Part shown: piece by piece, positions 19,937 through 29,202 of the stretch
How the letters are laid out: each line of letters begins with the position of its first letter
How positions within the stretch are numbered: position 1 is the first letter of the stretch
Source: an uncultured Candidatus Saccharibacteria bacterium
GTDB lineage: Bacteria > Patescibacteriota > Saccharimonadia > Saccharimonadales > JAGQNJ01
Direction of reading: 5' to 3'
Assembly: GCA_964510945.1 (NCBI GenBank)
Contig: CAZEED010000004.1
Coordinates: 1,250-65,249 of the forward strand
Length of the DNA stretch: 64,000 nucleotides
Position numbers and translations under genes: made by a program
The notes under the pieces: generated by a model
Seen by the model: the letters and a program-made list of their open reading frames with translations, nothing else
Told to the model about the DNA's origin: nothing
The model's database searches: none

Positions 19937-20968
19937 TTATACCAGTTTTTGTTGATCATCTGATTTATTGATCGTTTTGCCTAGATGTTTATGTGCTTTT
20001 GGTGTGGTTTTTCGTCCTCTTGGAGTCCTTTCCAGTAATCCTATCTGTAGTAGATATGGCTCATGAAAATCCTCAATAGTTGTTCTTTCCTCTGATGTTA
20101 AGGCAGCGAGCGTCTCTAGCCCCACGGGGCCGCCATTGTAGTTATCGATAACTGCCAGCAATAACCTTCGGTCAGATGGATCAAGACCTAACTCGTCAAT
20201 TTCTAGCAACTTCAAAGCTTTTAAGCTGATTGGATTATCGATTATTCCATCACCGTTCACGTCAGCATAATCACGAACACGTTTCAGTAGCCTGTTAGCA
20301 ATTCTTGGTGTTAAACGAGCTCGCTTCGCCAGTTCAACGGCGGCTGGTTCGTCTATTTTTACCCCGAGTATCCCCGCAGAACGCTTTATAATCTTGGCAA
20401 TTTCCTCTGGTGTGTAGAATTCTAAGCGATGTATCATGCCAAATCTATCACGAAGCGGTGCCGCTAATGCGCCAGTCCTGGTTGTTGCGCCAATAATTGT
20501 AAACTTCGGCAAATCCAACCTTAGACTCTTCGCGCTTGGTCCTTTACCCAACATGATGTCTAATTTGAAATCTTCCATCGCACTATATAAAACTTCTTCT
20601 ACAGATCTATGTAGCCTATGGATTTCGTCAATAAACAATATATCGCCGTCTTGCAGGTTTGTTAGCAAGCTAGCCAGATCCCCGGCCCGCTCAATCGCAG
20701 GGCCACTCGTGATTCTAATCTGGGCACCCATTTCATTTGCAATAACGCTGGCTAGTGTTGTCTTGCCCAGCCCGGGTGGCCCATACAACAATACGTGGTC
20801 AACCGGCTCGCCGCGTTTTTTAGCTGCATCAATTGATAATTGCAGGTTTTTCTTTATTCGCTCCTGACCAATGTAGTTGGCGAAATCTTTCGGCCGCAAC
20901 GTTACCTCGAGTTCTTGCTCGTCTTTGTTATCTGGTTCGTCTGGTTGTGTTATCCGCTCAATCGCCAT
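19937..20968 (-). CDS. ruvB: Holliday junction helicase RuvB
   Basis: [20 protein letters not shown], full-length match. Confidence 0.95.
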   Translation of the reverse strand: MAIERITQPDEPDNKDEQELEVTLRPKDFANYIGQERIKKNLQLSIDAAKKRGEPVDHVLLYGPPGLGKTTLASVIANEMGAQIRITSGPAIERAGDLASLLTNLQDGDILFIDEIHRLHRSVEEVLYSAMEDFKLDIMLGKGPSAKSLRLDLPKFTIIGATTRTGALAAPLRDRFGMIHRLEFYTPEEIAKIIKRSAGILGVKIDEPAAVELAKRARLTPRIANRLLKRVRDYADVNGDGIIDNPISLKALKLLEIDELGLDPSDRRLLLAVIDNYNGGPVGLETLAALTSEERTTIEDFHEPYLLQIGLLERTPRGRKTTPKAHKHLGKTINKSDDQQKLV

Positions 20969-20974
20969 ATTATT

Positions 20975-21658
20975 TCACCTGTAATTTATATGAAGTTCGT
21001 TGACCCAAAGTTTTGCGGGACCACAGATTGCACTCACGATTTGATTCGCCAAGTCTGATGCCTCGGTAAATTTTTCAATCGGGAAATCATCGCCAGCTTT
21101 CTTAAACATCTGAGTATTAGTACCTGCTTGATACACTGCCATAACATGCACACTAGTATCCTTCAAATCTTCCCTTAGCACATCGGTGAATCCCCGGACA
21201 CCGTATTTTGTTGCCGAGTATACCGACTGGCCCGCCTGTGCAGCAACACCTGACTTAGAAACGATATTAACCACTAGTCCTTCAGGTTGTTTTTTGAGTA
21301 GTGGCATTGTGTATTTGGTTAAGTACAGAACCCCTTTCAGATTAGTGTCAATCAACTTGTCTATTTCGTCGTCCGCAACTTGCTCTAGTTCCGACAATTT
21401 CTGCCAGATTCCTGCATTATTAACAACCACATCAAGCTGGCCATATTTTTCTTCGATCTGCTCTACTAGGTTTTTAATGTCTGAGACTTTGCTAACGTCA
21501 CAATTTACTTTCTCAAAACTAAAGTCAAAGTTTCCGGATTCAACATTTCTGCTAGCACCAATGACTTTTGCGCCACTTTCAACTAATTTTTTTACAATCT
21601 CAAGCCCGATGCCTTCACTAGCGCCCGTAACCAGAATTACTTTATCTTTGATGTTCAT
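20975..21658 (-). CDS. Short-chain dehydrogenase/reductase
   Basis: TGASEGIG, NNAG, and S...YSATK catalytic motif. Confidence 0.85.
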   Translation of the reverse strand: MNIKDKVILVTGASEGIGLEIVKKLVESGAKVIGASRNVESGNFDFSFEKVNCDVSKVSDIKNLVEQIEEKYGQLDVVVNNAGIWQKLSELEQVADDEIDKLIDTNLKGVLYLTKYTMPLLKKQPEGLVVNIVSKSGVAAQAGQSVYSATKYGVRGFTDVLREDLKDTSVHVMAVYQAGTNTQMFKKAGDDFPIEKFTEASDLANQIVSAICGPAKLWVNELHINYR

Positions 21659-22240
21659 TCACTTGTTTCCTTTCAGGGCTTGTTTGATTCTTTCTTCAGT
21701 CGAGAGGGTTTTGTCAATGTTTTGCAAGGCTAGCTGGGCGTCTATTTCTTGGTAGCCTAATGCTACGAGCGCCTGTACAGCCTCATCACTTTGGTTAACG
21801 CTGCCACGATTTATAATGTCGTCTGCGCCAGTACCAGCGGCAATTCCGACTTTATCACGTAGCTCTACAACTATTTGCTCGGCGGCTCGCTTGCCTACGC
21901 CTTTGGCGGTCTGAAGAGTTTTGACTTCGCCAGCGGCAATCGCCGATCGCACATAATCGCCTGACCCAATATCGAGTACTGCCAACGCAACCTTTGGGCC
22001 TACGTTCTTAACACTCAGCAGTTGTTCAAAAAGTTGTTTTGTCTCGATCCTGCTAAATCCAAATAGGTCGTGTGATGCTTCCCGGATATGCTCGTAAACA
22101 TATAGTTTTGCTTTTTCGTTCAAACGCAATTTTGCATAATCATCTACGGTTACTAGCAGGCCGTAACCAATTCCATTCACGTCAACAACGATAGAATCAA
22201 CAAATTTTTCCGAAACAATTCCCGCGAGCGTCGCTATCAT
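21659..22240 (-). CDS. ruvA: Holliday junction DNA-binding protein RuvA
   Basis: MIATLAG...GIGY; HhH motifs (L.SV.GVGPK.A, L..KGVGKR.AE). Confidence 0.9.
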   Translation of the reverse strand: MIATLAGIVSEKFVDSIVVDVNGIGYGLLVTVDDYAKLRLNEKAKLYVYEHIREASHDLFGFSRIETKQLFEQLLSVKNVGPKVALAVLDIGSGDYVRSAIAAGEVKTLQTAKGVGKRAAEQIVVELRDKVGIAAGTGADDIINRGSVNQSDEAVQALVALGYQEIDAQLALQNIDKTLSTEERIKQALKGNK

Positions 22241-22247
22241 ATCTATA

Positions 22248-22718
22248 TTATCGCATATTCATGCTGCAACAGATAGCGGCAGCTAGGGCGTCGGCTGCAT
22301 CATCAGGTTTTGGTATACTTTTTAATTTCAAAATAGTTCGGACCATTTCTTGAATCTGGGCTTTTTCGGCCTTGCCATAACCTGTCAGCGCCTGTTTTAT
22401 TTGTTGTGGTGTATATTCGTGCAATTCCATTTTGTGTTGTTTACCCAGTAACAAAACCACTCCACGAGCTTGACTAACACTCATCGCAGTCGTTACGTTC
22501 TGTGCAAAAAACAACTTCTCGACGGCCATAACTGTTGGTTTGCATTCATTAATTATCTCGCTCAACTCGTTAAAAATAGTTTCTAAGCGGTCTGAATCTG
22601 CTTGGTGCACAGGTGTTTTTATCACGCCAGCGTCAACTAAAGTCATAGAGTTTTTCTCGACATCAATAACCCCAAAGCCTAAAATTCCTGTGCCTGGATC
22701 AATGCCTAGTATTCTCAT
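22248..22718 (-). CDS. ruvC: Holliday junction resolvase RuvC
   Basis: MRILGIDPGT...; ...AADALAAAICC. Confidence 0.9.
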   Translation of the reverse strand: MRILGIDPGTGILGFGVIDVEKNSMTLVDAGVIKTPVHQADSDRLETIFNELSEIINECKPTVMAVEKLFFAQNVTTAMSVSQARGVVLLLGKQHKMELHEYTPQQIKQALTGYGKAEKAQIQEMVRTILKLKSIPKPDDAADALAAAICCSMNMR

Positions 22719-22775
22719 CTATCTAGATAATAACAAACAAAAGCCCCAAGGACCCGATAATCGCCATTATGTAAT

Positions 22776-24401
22776 CTAGAATTTCTTTCTTAGTCGATTA
22801 AAATATTTCTTTAGCTCTGACCTATACTCGTATACTCCATAGCCAAATAATCCCGCTCCAACAACTGCCAAAGCACCGTTACTCACTGGATTGGCAGTTG
22901 CCGTAGCCACATTCTCTAAGCCTCCGGCAGTGTTTACGCCAGCGACCTTTCTACATCGATTAGTCTCCTTATTTCTGACCGATCCTTTTTCACAAGCCTT
23001 TAATAAACTTCCGGAATCTATTTTCTTGCACCGATTTGTTTCGGGGTTTCGAAATTGATCCGAAGCACATGGTTTCAACGAGGAGGCCAATACTGCAATT
23101 TTCTTACATCTGTTTGTCTCCGGATTCCGGTACTGATCACTATTACAGGCTTTTAGGACACTCAATGTGGTACTTTTTAAGCGACAGCGGTTAGTTTCGG
23201 GACTACGGTACTGATTTGAATTACAAGGCACCAAACTAGACGAGGTAACGATATTTTTACAGCGATTTGTTTCAGGGTTTCGAAACTTACCTGGTGGACA
23301 TGGCGTTATGCCCCCTTTTCCTCCGGTGTCTATAAACAATTGAGTGGGGCCAAGATTGGGTTCGTTCGGGGTAACCTGATCAGTTACAACCCACTCCCCA
23401 TCAACGAACGCCCAACTCTCACCTTCTCCAACTTTATCGTAGATTTCACTTGTATGGGTTATTGTGCCTCCTGGGTCTAACACCCTCGCGACACTCAAAG
23501 TATTGCTTAGCGTTAAATTAGTTTGCGCGGAATCCAGTGCGAGATATGATTTTGAGGCAATTTGAATAGATGGCAAAATGTAATTGTAATTAAAATCCAA
23601 GCCTGTTTGAATTTTATATCCTTCTAGATTAACAGCCTCGTTATTAGGATTATAAAGCTCAACAAATTCATCCTCGTCATCGGTTTGTGGGCTTGAAGGA
23701 TTAGGGAGTAACTCACTAATCGTAACTGGTAAGTAAGTCTCTATAGTAGGTTCAGGTTCGGGATTAGGTGTCGGATCAGGGTCGGGGGTAACAACTGGAG
23801 GGTCAACTTCGGGTGACGGAAGTTGCCCAGTTAGACTAAAGTTTGTCGAGTTATTATTCGTATCCATAGGATGGCCGTCATTATCAAATATGCGTTTTAT
23901 ACTACTCCCATTATCAGGAATAATAGCTTGAGCCGTCTCATAGCATTTAGCAGGTGACCCACTACTGCCCCAACCAACTAAATCAAAGATGCTAACAGAG
24001 GATTGGTCTACTGCAGTCTGCTTCAACCGTAAAGAGCCTCCAACATTATCATTTAGGCTAGTTTCAAAGATAATTCTCCCTCTAGGCTGGACAACCCCAG
24101 ATAAATTATCTTTTCTGACATTAGAACTAGCATCAATTGCTTTCCAGTCTGGAGAGCTACAATCCGAAGATGAAATTGTCGACGAGACTTTGGCATATTC
24201 TAGTGACCAACCAGCCAAATCTATCGGATTAGCACTGTCATTAAACAGTTCGACGAATTGCGTCGGTTGTCCGGCAACGGCACCACCTAACTTTATCTCG
24301 CTAATTAACACTCTCTCATTTAATGCTCTTGCTGGTAAAAAAGAGACACAAAATAATGCCAAAATAGTTAGCATTAGTGCTCGGCTGAAAAATATTTTCA
24401 T
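22776..24401 (-). CDS. Surface protein: signal peptide, two lamin-tail (LTD) domains, five Cys-pair repeats, C-terminal TM anchor
   Basis: LISEIKLGG...QFVELFN...L.GWSL and ISELLPNP...EFVELYNP...LEGY are LTD signatures. They are joined by a Pro-rich linker. The C-terminal hydrophobic segment is followed by RLRKKF. Confidence 0.7.
   Translation of the reverse strand: MKIFFSRALMLTILALFCVSFLPARALNERVLISEIKLGGAVAGQPTQFVELFNDSANPIDLAGWSLEYAKVSSTISSSDCSSPDWKAIDASSNVRKDNLSGVVQPRGRIIFETSLNDNVGGSLRLKQTAVDQSSVSIFDLVGWGSSGSPAKCYETAQAIIPDNGSSIKRIFDNDGHPMDTNNNSTNFSLTGQLPSPEVDPPVVTPDPDPTPNPEPEPTIETYLPVTISELLPNPSSPQTDDEDEFVELYNPNNEAVNLEGYKIQTGLDFNYNYILPSIQIASKSYLALDSAQTNLTLSNTLSVARVLDPGGTITHTSEIYDKVGEGESWAFVDGEWVVTDQVTPNEPNLGPTQLFIDTGGKGGITPCPPGKFRNPETNRCKNIVTSSSLVPCNSNQYRSPETNRCRLKSTTLSVLKACNSDQYRNPETNRCKKIAVLASSLKPCASDQFRNPETNRCKKIDSGSLLKACEKGSVRNKETNRCRKVAGVNTAGGLENVATATANPVSNGALAVVGAGLFGYGVYEYRSELKKYFNRLRKKF
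22950..23300 (-). repeat. Coding tandem repeat, 5 x C-x3/4-Q-[FY]-R-N-P-E-T-N-R-C-[KR]
   Basis: CPPGKFRNPETNRCK / CNSNQYRSPETNRCR / CNSDQYRNPETNRCK / CASDQFRNPETNRCK / CEKGSVRNKETNRCR, spaced about 24 aa apart. Confidence 0.75.
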
Positions 24402-24462
24402 TTTTTATGTTAATTAGGTTCTCTAAAAAATATTGTCAGCCTTTTAGTAAGACATGTCAAGC

Positions 24463-25176
24463 TTATGCTAAATTAAAATTGGTGTGTGTTTCGGTAACCT
24501 CATCAATGTCTTCAAGGGCTTCCATCAATCTAATTACCTTACCTTGAGTAGATTCATCGCTAATCTCTACTGAGTTATTAGCTATATACGATAATCCTGC
24601 TTCTAAAATTTCGATATTCTGGTTTTGTAAATTCTCGCGTACTTTGGCGAGATCCTTAAGGGCCGTATAGACGACCGTATCGCCATCCTCTTCTTCGGCA
24701 TCCTCTGCCCCCGCGTCGAGTACTTGCAACAGTAGGTCCTCGCTTGAACCCTTAACCCTAATAACACCTTTATGATCAAACTGAAAAGCCACGGCACCTT
24801 TCTCGGCAATGTTCCCACCGTGCTTAGAAAAAGCTAACCGAACTTCCGGATAAGTTCGGTTTACGTTATCGGTGGCACACTCTACCAATATTGCTACCCC
24901 GCCTGGACCATAGCCTTCGTACAGCACTTCTTGAATTTGGGCACCACCAAGTTTGCCACTACCTCGATCGATCGAACGTTGGATATTAGCGTTTGGCATA
25001 TTTGCCGCTTTAGCCTTATCGATTGCCAACCTTAGGGTAAAGTTCATGTCCGGATCAGCTCCACCACGGGCTGCAATCGCAATCATATTACCAAGCTTGG
25101 TAAAGACAGCACCCCGTGCGGCATCTTTGGCGCCTTTTTGTCTTTTGATTGTTGACCATTTGCTATGTCCAGACAT
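24463..25176 (-). CDS. yebC: YebC/PmpR family transcriptional regulator
   Basis: MSGHSKWSTIKRQKG start; full-length family pattern. Confidence 0.9.
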   Translation of the reverse strand: MSGHSKWSTIKRQKGAKDAARGAVFTKLGNMIAIAARGGADPDMNFTLRLAIDKAKAANMPNANIQRSIDRGSGKLGGAQIQEVLYEGYGPGGVAILVECATDNVNRTYPEVRLAFSKHGGNIAEKGAVAFQFDHKGVIRVKGSSEDLLLQVLDAGAEDAEEEDGDTVVYTALKDLAKVRENLQNQNIEILEAGLSYIANNSVEISDESTQGKVIRLMEALEDIDEVTETHTNFNLA

Positions 25177-25209
25177 TTCAATACTCCAAAATTTCTCTTA
25201 AAAACACTT

Positions 25210-26643
25210 CTATTTATCTGAGATTATTATATCATGTTCAGTTTTTGATCTAATCTGTAGAATCATCACTAATCCGATTATTAATGCGTAAAATATTAAC
25301 ATTTGGGCAAGATTAATACTTATTTTTACATATGCGCCAGGGACTTTACTTAAAACCGCAGAAATTGACAACATATATCGTAAAATTATTTCCGCCGGCA
25401 AGGCTACGATACCACCAAAAATAAATCCCGTCATACCACTAATACCAGCAAAAAGGCTTAACAGCATTGCAACGGGTACTAATGGCACAACTAACGCATT
25501 AGCAACAATACTAACAACCGATAATCGGCCAAATATGTACAAGATTAAAGGCAAAGTTAGTAGTTGCGCAGAAAATGTTTCCGACAACACGGTCTGAACT
25601 AGCTTGTTTTGATTTTCTTTCTTTACAAATCTTTTATTAAGTAGCGGGGCTAAAACTAATATCCCAAAAAACGCAAGGAATGATAGATGCCAACCAATAT
25701 TAGTCCATAGGTACAGAGGATTTACGTAAGCCGTTAATCCGGCGACGAGACATATTAGTAGTACCGGTTTAAATCGACGCCCAAAATACCAAGCTAACAA
25801 ACTTAGCGTACTAACAATACCGGCCCGAACAATCGATGGGCTATTTCCTGTTAATAATAAGAACAGCACAATAAGGCCTAGCGAGAATATCAATGATTGA
25901 TATCTTGAGCGTTTTGAAAAAGATCTTTCTGATGCGTTAATTATAACCGTCAAGTTATAGCCAGACACCGCAATAATATGAACCAGACCAACAGCTATTA
26001 ATAAATCGGTTAGTTCTTGACTAAGAGTATTCCTCTGCCCGATTAGAAGGCCCAGTCCAAACGAAGCTAACGGCTCTGGTAAGGCATTTTGCATACCAGC
26101 CGCAAATTCACGACGCACCTTATCTACTACAGAATTGCTCTTCTCTGTAACCGTCAGGTTTGCAAAACTAATACCACCTTGTTGGGCACCTCGCTTTTTA
26201 TACAACCTACCAACAATGGTTAACTTATCACCTTTATAAACAATTGGCGTGCCACGTCCAGCAATATCAAGCTCACCGACCAGCTCGGTTCGCTCTGGGC
26301 TATTCACAAACATGCTACCAACCGGAAAGCTCAACAGTCCTTTATCATCGTAGACTGCATCTTGCAAAGCTGTCGCCTCTACGACAACTTGCCTACCTGA
26401 TAGATCATCATATATCGATAATCTCTGAAAGTATTCTGCACCACGAAGCCAACCTAGTAAAAAACAACAGATCGCTAAACCAACCAATATAGAAATTTTG
26501 TTTTTAGTAATTATAAAAATTAGGCCAGAAATCAATCCAGCCAACAAGATCCAAGAATAATGCAAACCAACACCAGTTCTAGAAAAACCTAGTCCTAGTA
26601 GTAACAAAATGAATAAAATGGTGGCGAAAGTTGTTCTTTTCAT
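25210..26643 (-). CDS. comEC: DNA internalisation channel ComEC/Rec2 (DUF4131 + competence domain, no beta-lactamase domain)
   Basis: Polytopic membrane protein with a ...GLVHIIAVSGYNLT... competence motif. The start was moved to MKRTTF (26643). Confidence 0.85.
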   Translation of the reverse strand: MKRTTFATILFILLLLGLGFSRTGVGLHYSWILLAGLISGLIFIITKNKISILVGLAICCFLLGWLRGAEYFQRLSIYDDLSGRQVVVEATALQDAVYDDKGLLSFPVGSMFVNSPERTELVGELDIAGRGTPIVYKGDKLTIVGRLYKKRGAQQGGISFANLTVTEKSNSVVDKVRREFAAGMQNALPEPLASFGLGLLIGQRNTLSQELTDLLIAVGLVHIIAVSGYNLTVIINASERSFSKRSRYQSLIFSLGLIVLFLLLTGNSPSIVRAGIVSTLSLLAWYFGRRFKPVLLICLVAGLTAYVNPLYLWTNIGWHLSFLAFFGILVLAPLLNKRFVKKENQNKLVQTVLSETFSAQLLTLPLILYIFGRLSVVSIVANALVVPLVPVAMLLSLFAGISGMTGFIFGGIVALPAEIILRYMLSISAVLSKVPGAYVKISINLAQMLIFYALIIGLVMILQIRSKTEHDIIISDK

Positions 26644-26914
26644 GCCAATAATGATTATCAGCAGAATACCACGAATAGCGTTATAGCATTGACTTTTCTC
26701 TCTAAAACAGAGATAATTCACTCTGTTTTACACCATTTTGGTGCAAGCCAAATCCGGGTCCGTAGCCCCGCCTGTCTGACCGACAGGACGGACAGGTCAG
26801 CTGCATAGGCAAGCATAGCTTGCCGTAAATAATTTATAAGCACCTGTGCTCTAACACAAAACTGTTCTTTTACAAATAAGATATAGTCACAACCGTAGAC
26901 TAGCCTTTACATCC

Positions 26915-26991
26915 GGGTCCGTAGCTCAGCTGGTTAGAGCACCTGCCTTTTAAGCAGGGTGTCGTGGGTTCAAGTCCCACCGGACCCTCCA
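26915..26991 (+). tRNA. tRNA-Lys (anticodon TTT), CCA encoded
   Basis: Hand-folded cloverleaf: acceptor GGGTCCG/CGGACCC, D arm GCTC/GAGC, anticodon arm CCTGC-CTTTTAA-GCAGG, T arm GTGGG-TTCAAGT-CCCAC. Confidence 0.9.
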
Positions 26992-27046
26992 TCCTCCGTC
27001 GCAAATCTCTTTAGAGATTAGCTATGGAGGATTTTGTGTTTTTTGG
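26991..27046 (+). terminator. Two-tier hairpin plus T-run after tRNA-Lys
   Basis: ATCCTCC...GGAGGAT encloses AATCTC-TTTA-GAGATT and is followed by TTTGTGTTTTTT. Confidence 0.6.
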
Positions 27047-27265
27047 GCTTAAATCTACGACAAGCCTTGTGGTATCGTGGGGGAGAAATGCCAGTTGGCA
27101 TTTCGTACAGTCGGAAACCCGGAGTATATTAATGCCCAAGCTGAGACGGGGTCGCGGAATTTTTCATAGAAAAATATCTGTGACCAAGTCCGTAAACCTA
27201 GACCACCAATTCAGCTTTGCCTAAAACAGGGGAAATTAACCTCTGTTCTTGATATACTAAATAGC

Positions 27266-28174
27266 ATGAAAATTGCAGTGCTTGACTATCGTATCCCTCT
27301 GGAAATCCAAAAAGAAATACAATCATTTGCGACCAATAAAATATTGTACCCTACGGATCGCTGCCCAGCAGACCAGCTTGTTAAGAAAACCGGAGATGCT
27401 GAAATTGCTCTTGTAACTCCCTGGGATAAAATCGATAAAGCATATCTTGACGAATGCCCAAATCTTAAATACATCGGCCTTTGTGGTACATCGACAGCAA
27501 ATGTTGACCTAAAAGAGCTTGATCGACGAGGAATTGCTTTTACAAATATGCATTCAGGTAAAGAGGACAAGAATGCTAAAGCCGCCGGCGGCAAAGAGGC
27601 GGTTGCCGAGTTCTTCTTTATGCAACTCGTTCGGCTAGCTAGGGGTATTGGTGAATATCAGTGGAAGCACGGAAAAATTCATCAACTAAAGGGTCGATCA
27701 CTTGGCATTATCGGATTGGGTGATGTTGGAAAAGGAATAGCTCATATGGCTCTCGCATACAAGATGAACGTAGCGTATTTCAGCCCACACCGTAAACCAG
27801 AATGGGAAGAGAAAGGTGTAGTGTATAAGAAAAAGGATGATCTTCTAAAAAAATCAGAAGTCATAGTATTGTGTAGCACAACAAATGTCCAGGTGTTAGG
27901 AAAAGAAGATTTTAAGTTTATAAAAGACGGTTCCATACTAGTTCAGGCTTGTGGCGGTAATCCGTTTGACAAGCCGTCATTCTATGACTGGATCTCTGGT
28001 GATGGTAACTTTGCCATATTTGATATGTCCACTAATGAACAAAACTACCAACTCTATAAAGATATACCAAGAGTTATTTTTTCAAGAGAGGTTGCTGGTG
28101 ATACATACGAATCAAACCTTGCAAGAGGGAGACGTGCCTTGCAACACCTTAAGGACTACCTTCAAAGTAGTTAA
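27266..28174 (+). CDS. D-isomer-specific 2-hydroxyacid dehydrogenase
   Basis: NAD-binding motif GIIGLGDVGKGIA; family-typical length and layout. Confidence 0.85.
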   Translation: MKIAVLDYRIPLEIQKEIQSFATNKILYPTDRCPADQLVKKTGDAEIALVTPWDKIDKAYLDECPNLKYIGLCGTSTANVDLKELDRRGIAFTNMHSGKEDKNAKAAGGKEAVAEFFFMQLVRLARGIGEYQWKHGKIHQLKGRSLGIIGLGDVGKGIAHMALAYKMNVAYFSPHRKPEWEEKGVVYKKKDDLLKKSEVIVLCSTTNVQVLGKEDFKFIKDGSILVQACGGNPFDKPSFYDWISGDGNFAIFDMSTNEQNYQLYKDIPRVIFSREVAGDTYESNLARGRRALQHLKDYLQSS

Positions 28175-28269
28175 GAATGGGTTGCAAAAGCAACACATAA
28201 GTCCCACCGAACGAATCTCAAAACAGATTATTTAAACACTAAAAATGTACTATTTGTTATGATAAGTTC

Positions 28270-28810
28270 ATGATTGCACCGCAATTAGAAACCCCTCGCT
28301 CAAATGTGCGGCTTATACAACCTAAGGTTGATAGAGATGCCCAACTAAGTCTCTCGTGGTTAGAAGGTGAAATCGGAAAAAACACCTTATCGCTAATGGG
28401 AGCAACTAAACAATAATACCTCACAAACTACTTTAGAAAATGAACAAGAGCGTATTAAAGATTTTATTGAGAAATATGATCAGCTTAACTGGATGATACA
28501 GCTTGGCGATAAGGTCGTTGGCTCAATATGGGTAGATCTAAAACCCACGATAGAATTGCCAGCCCCAGCGGTTCACATCATGATTGGTGATCCGTCTGCT
28601 AGAGGACAAGGAGTTGGCTCGGCATCAACAAACGCCGTTATCAGTTATTTAGAAGGACAGGGAGAGAAAGCGGTTTATACAAGATGCCTCACCAACAATT
28701 CTACAGCGATAAAATTACTTGAAGAACAAGGTTTTCAAACACTTGGAGACAAATATATTGACGAGAATGGTCTTGAGTGGCAAAACTCAAAGTGTGATTT
28801 AAATAGGTAG
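28270..28810 (+). pseudogene. GNAT N-acetyltransferase split by a +1/-1 frame change near 28397..28416
   Basis: Frame 1 runs from ATG 28270 (MIAPQLETPRSNVRLIQP...LSWLEGEIGKNTLSLMGATKQ*) and stops at 28414..28416. The frame of ORF 28493..28810 is open from 28397 (WEQLNNNTSQTTLENEQERIKDFIEKYDQLNWMIQLGDKVVGSIWVDL...RGQGVGS). Together they make one RimJ/RimL-like GNAT. Confidence 0.6.
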
Positions 28811-28905
28811 ACTTTTGTATCGTCCAATAAACAAATCATTCTACTTATTTACTAAAATATTAATACCCAAGTACACCGCAAACTCTTTAATGTTAGAATA
28901 GTAAT

Positions 28906-29196
28906 ATGATCAGAGACATCTTGGGTTTCGGAAAAAAATATGGTGGGCCAGTACGCGATCTAACGCCAGATCTTTGCGATGTGCCAGACAGCATTTGGCC
29001 TGAACCAACTCACGCTAATATTCAAGGCACGCTCGCCGTTATGGTTGCTCAAGTGCCTGAAAGCAGATCTATACCAGAGGATGTTACCCTACGCGAACTG
29101 GCCGGGCTAGCAATTCCTCCAACCTTCGAGAATCTTCCCGAAGAAACAAAAGCCCTAGTCGAAGATATTTCGTCTGGTTTTTTTGAAGAACGCTAG
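28906..29196 (+). CDS. Hypothetical acidic protein
   Basis: ORF only; no motif. Confidence 0.35.
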   Translation: MIRDILGFGKKYGGPVRDLTPDLCDVPDSIWPEPTHANIQGTLAVMVAQVPESRSIPEDVTLRELAGLAIPPTFENLPEETKALVEDISSGFFEER

Positions 29197-29202
29197 ATTA
29201 TA

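Noticed and set aside
27024-27224. 66-aa ORF after tRNA-Lys
   Set aside because: It starts inside the tRNA terminator hairpin and has no RBS. The region is better explained as a structured spacer.
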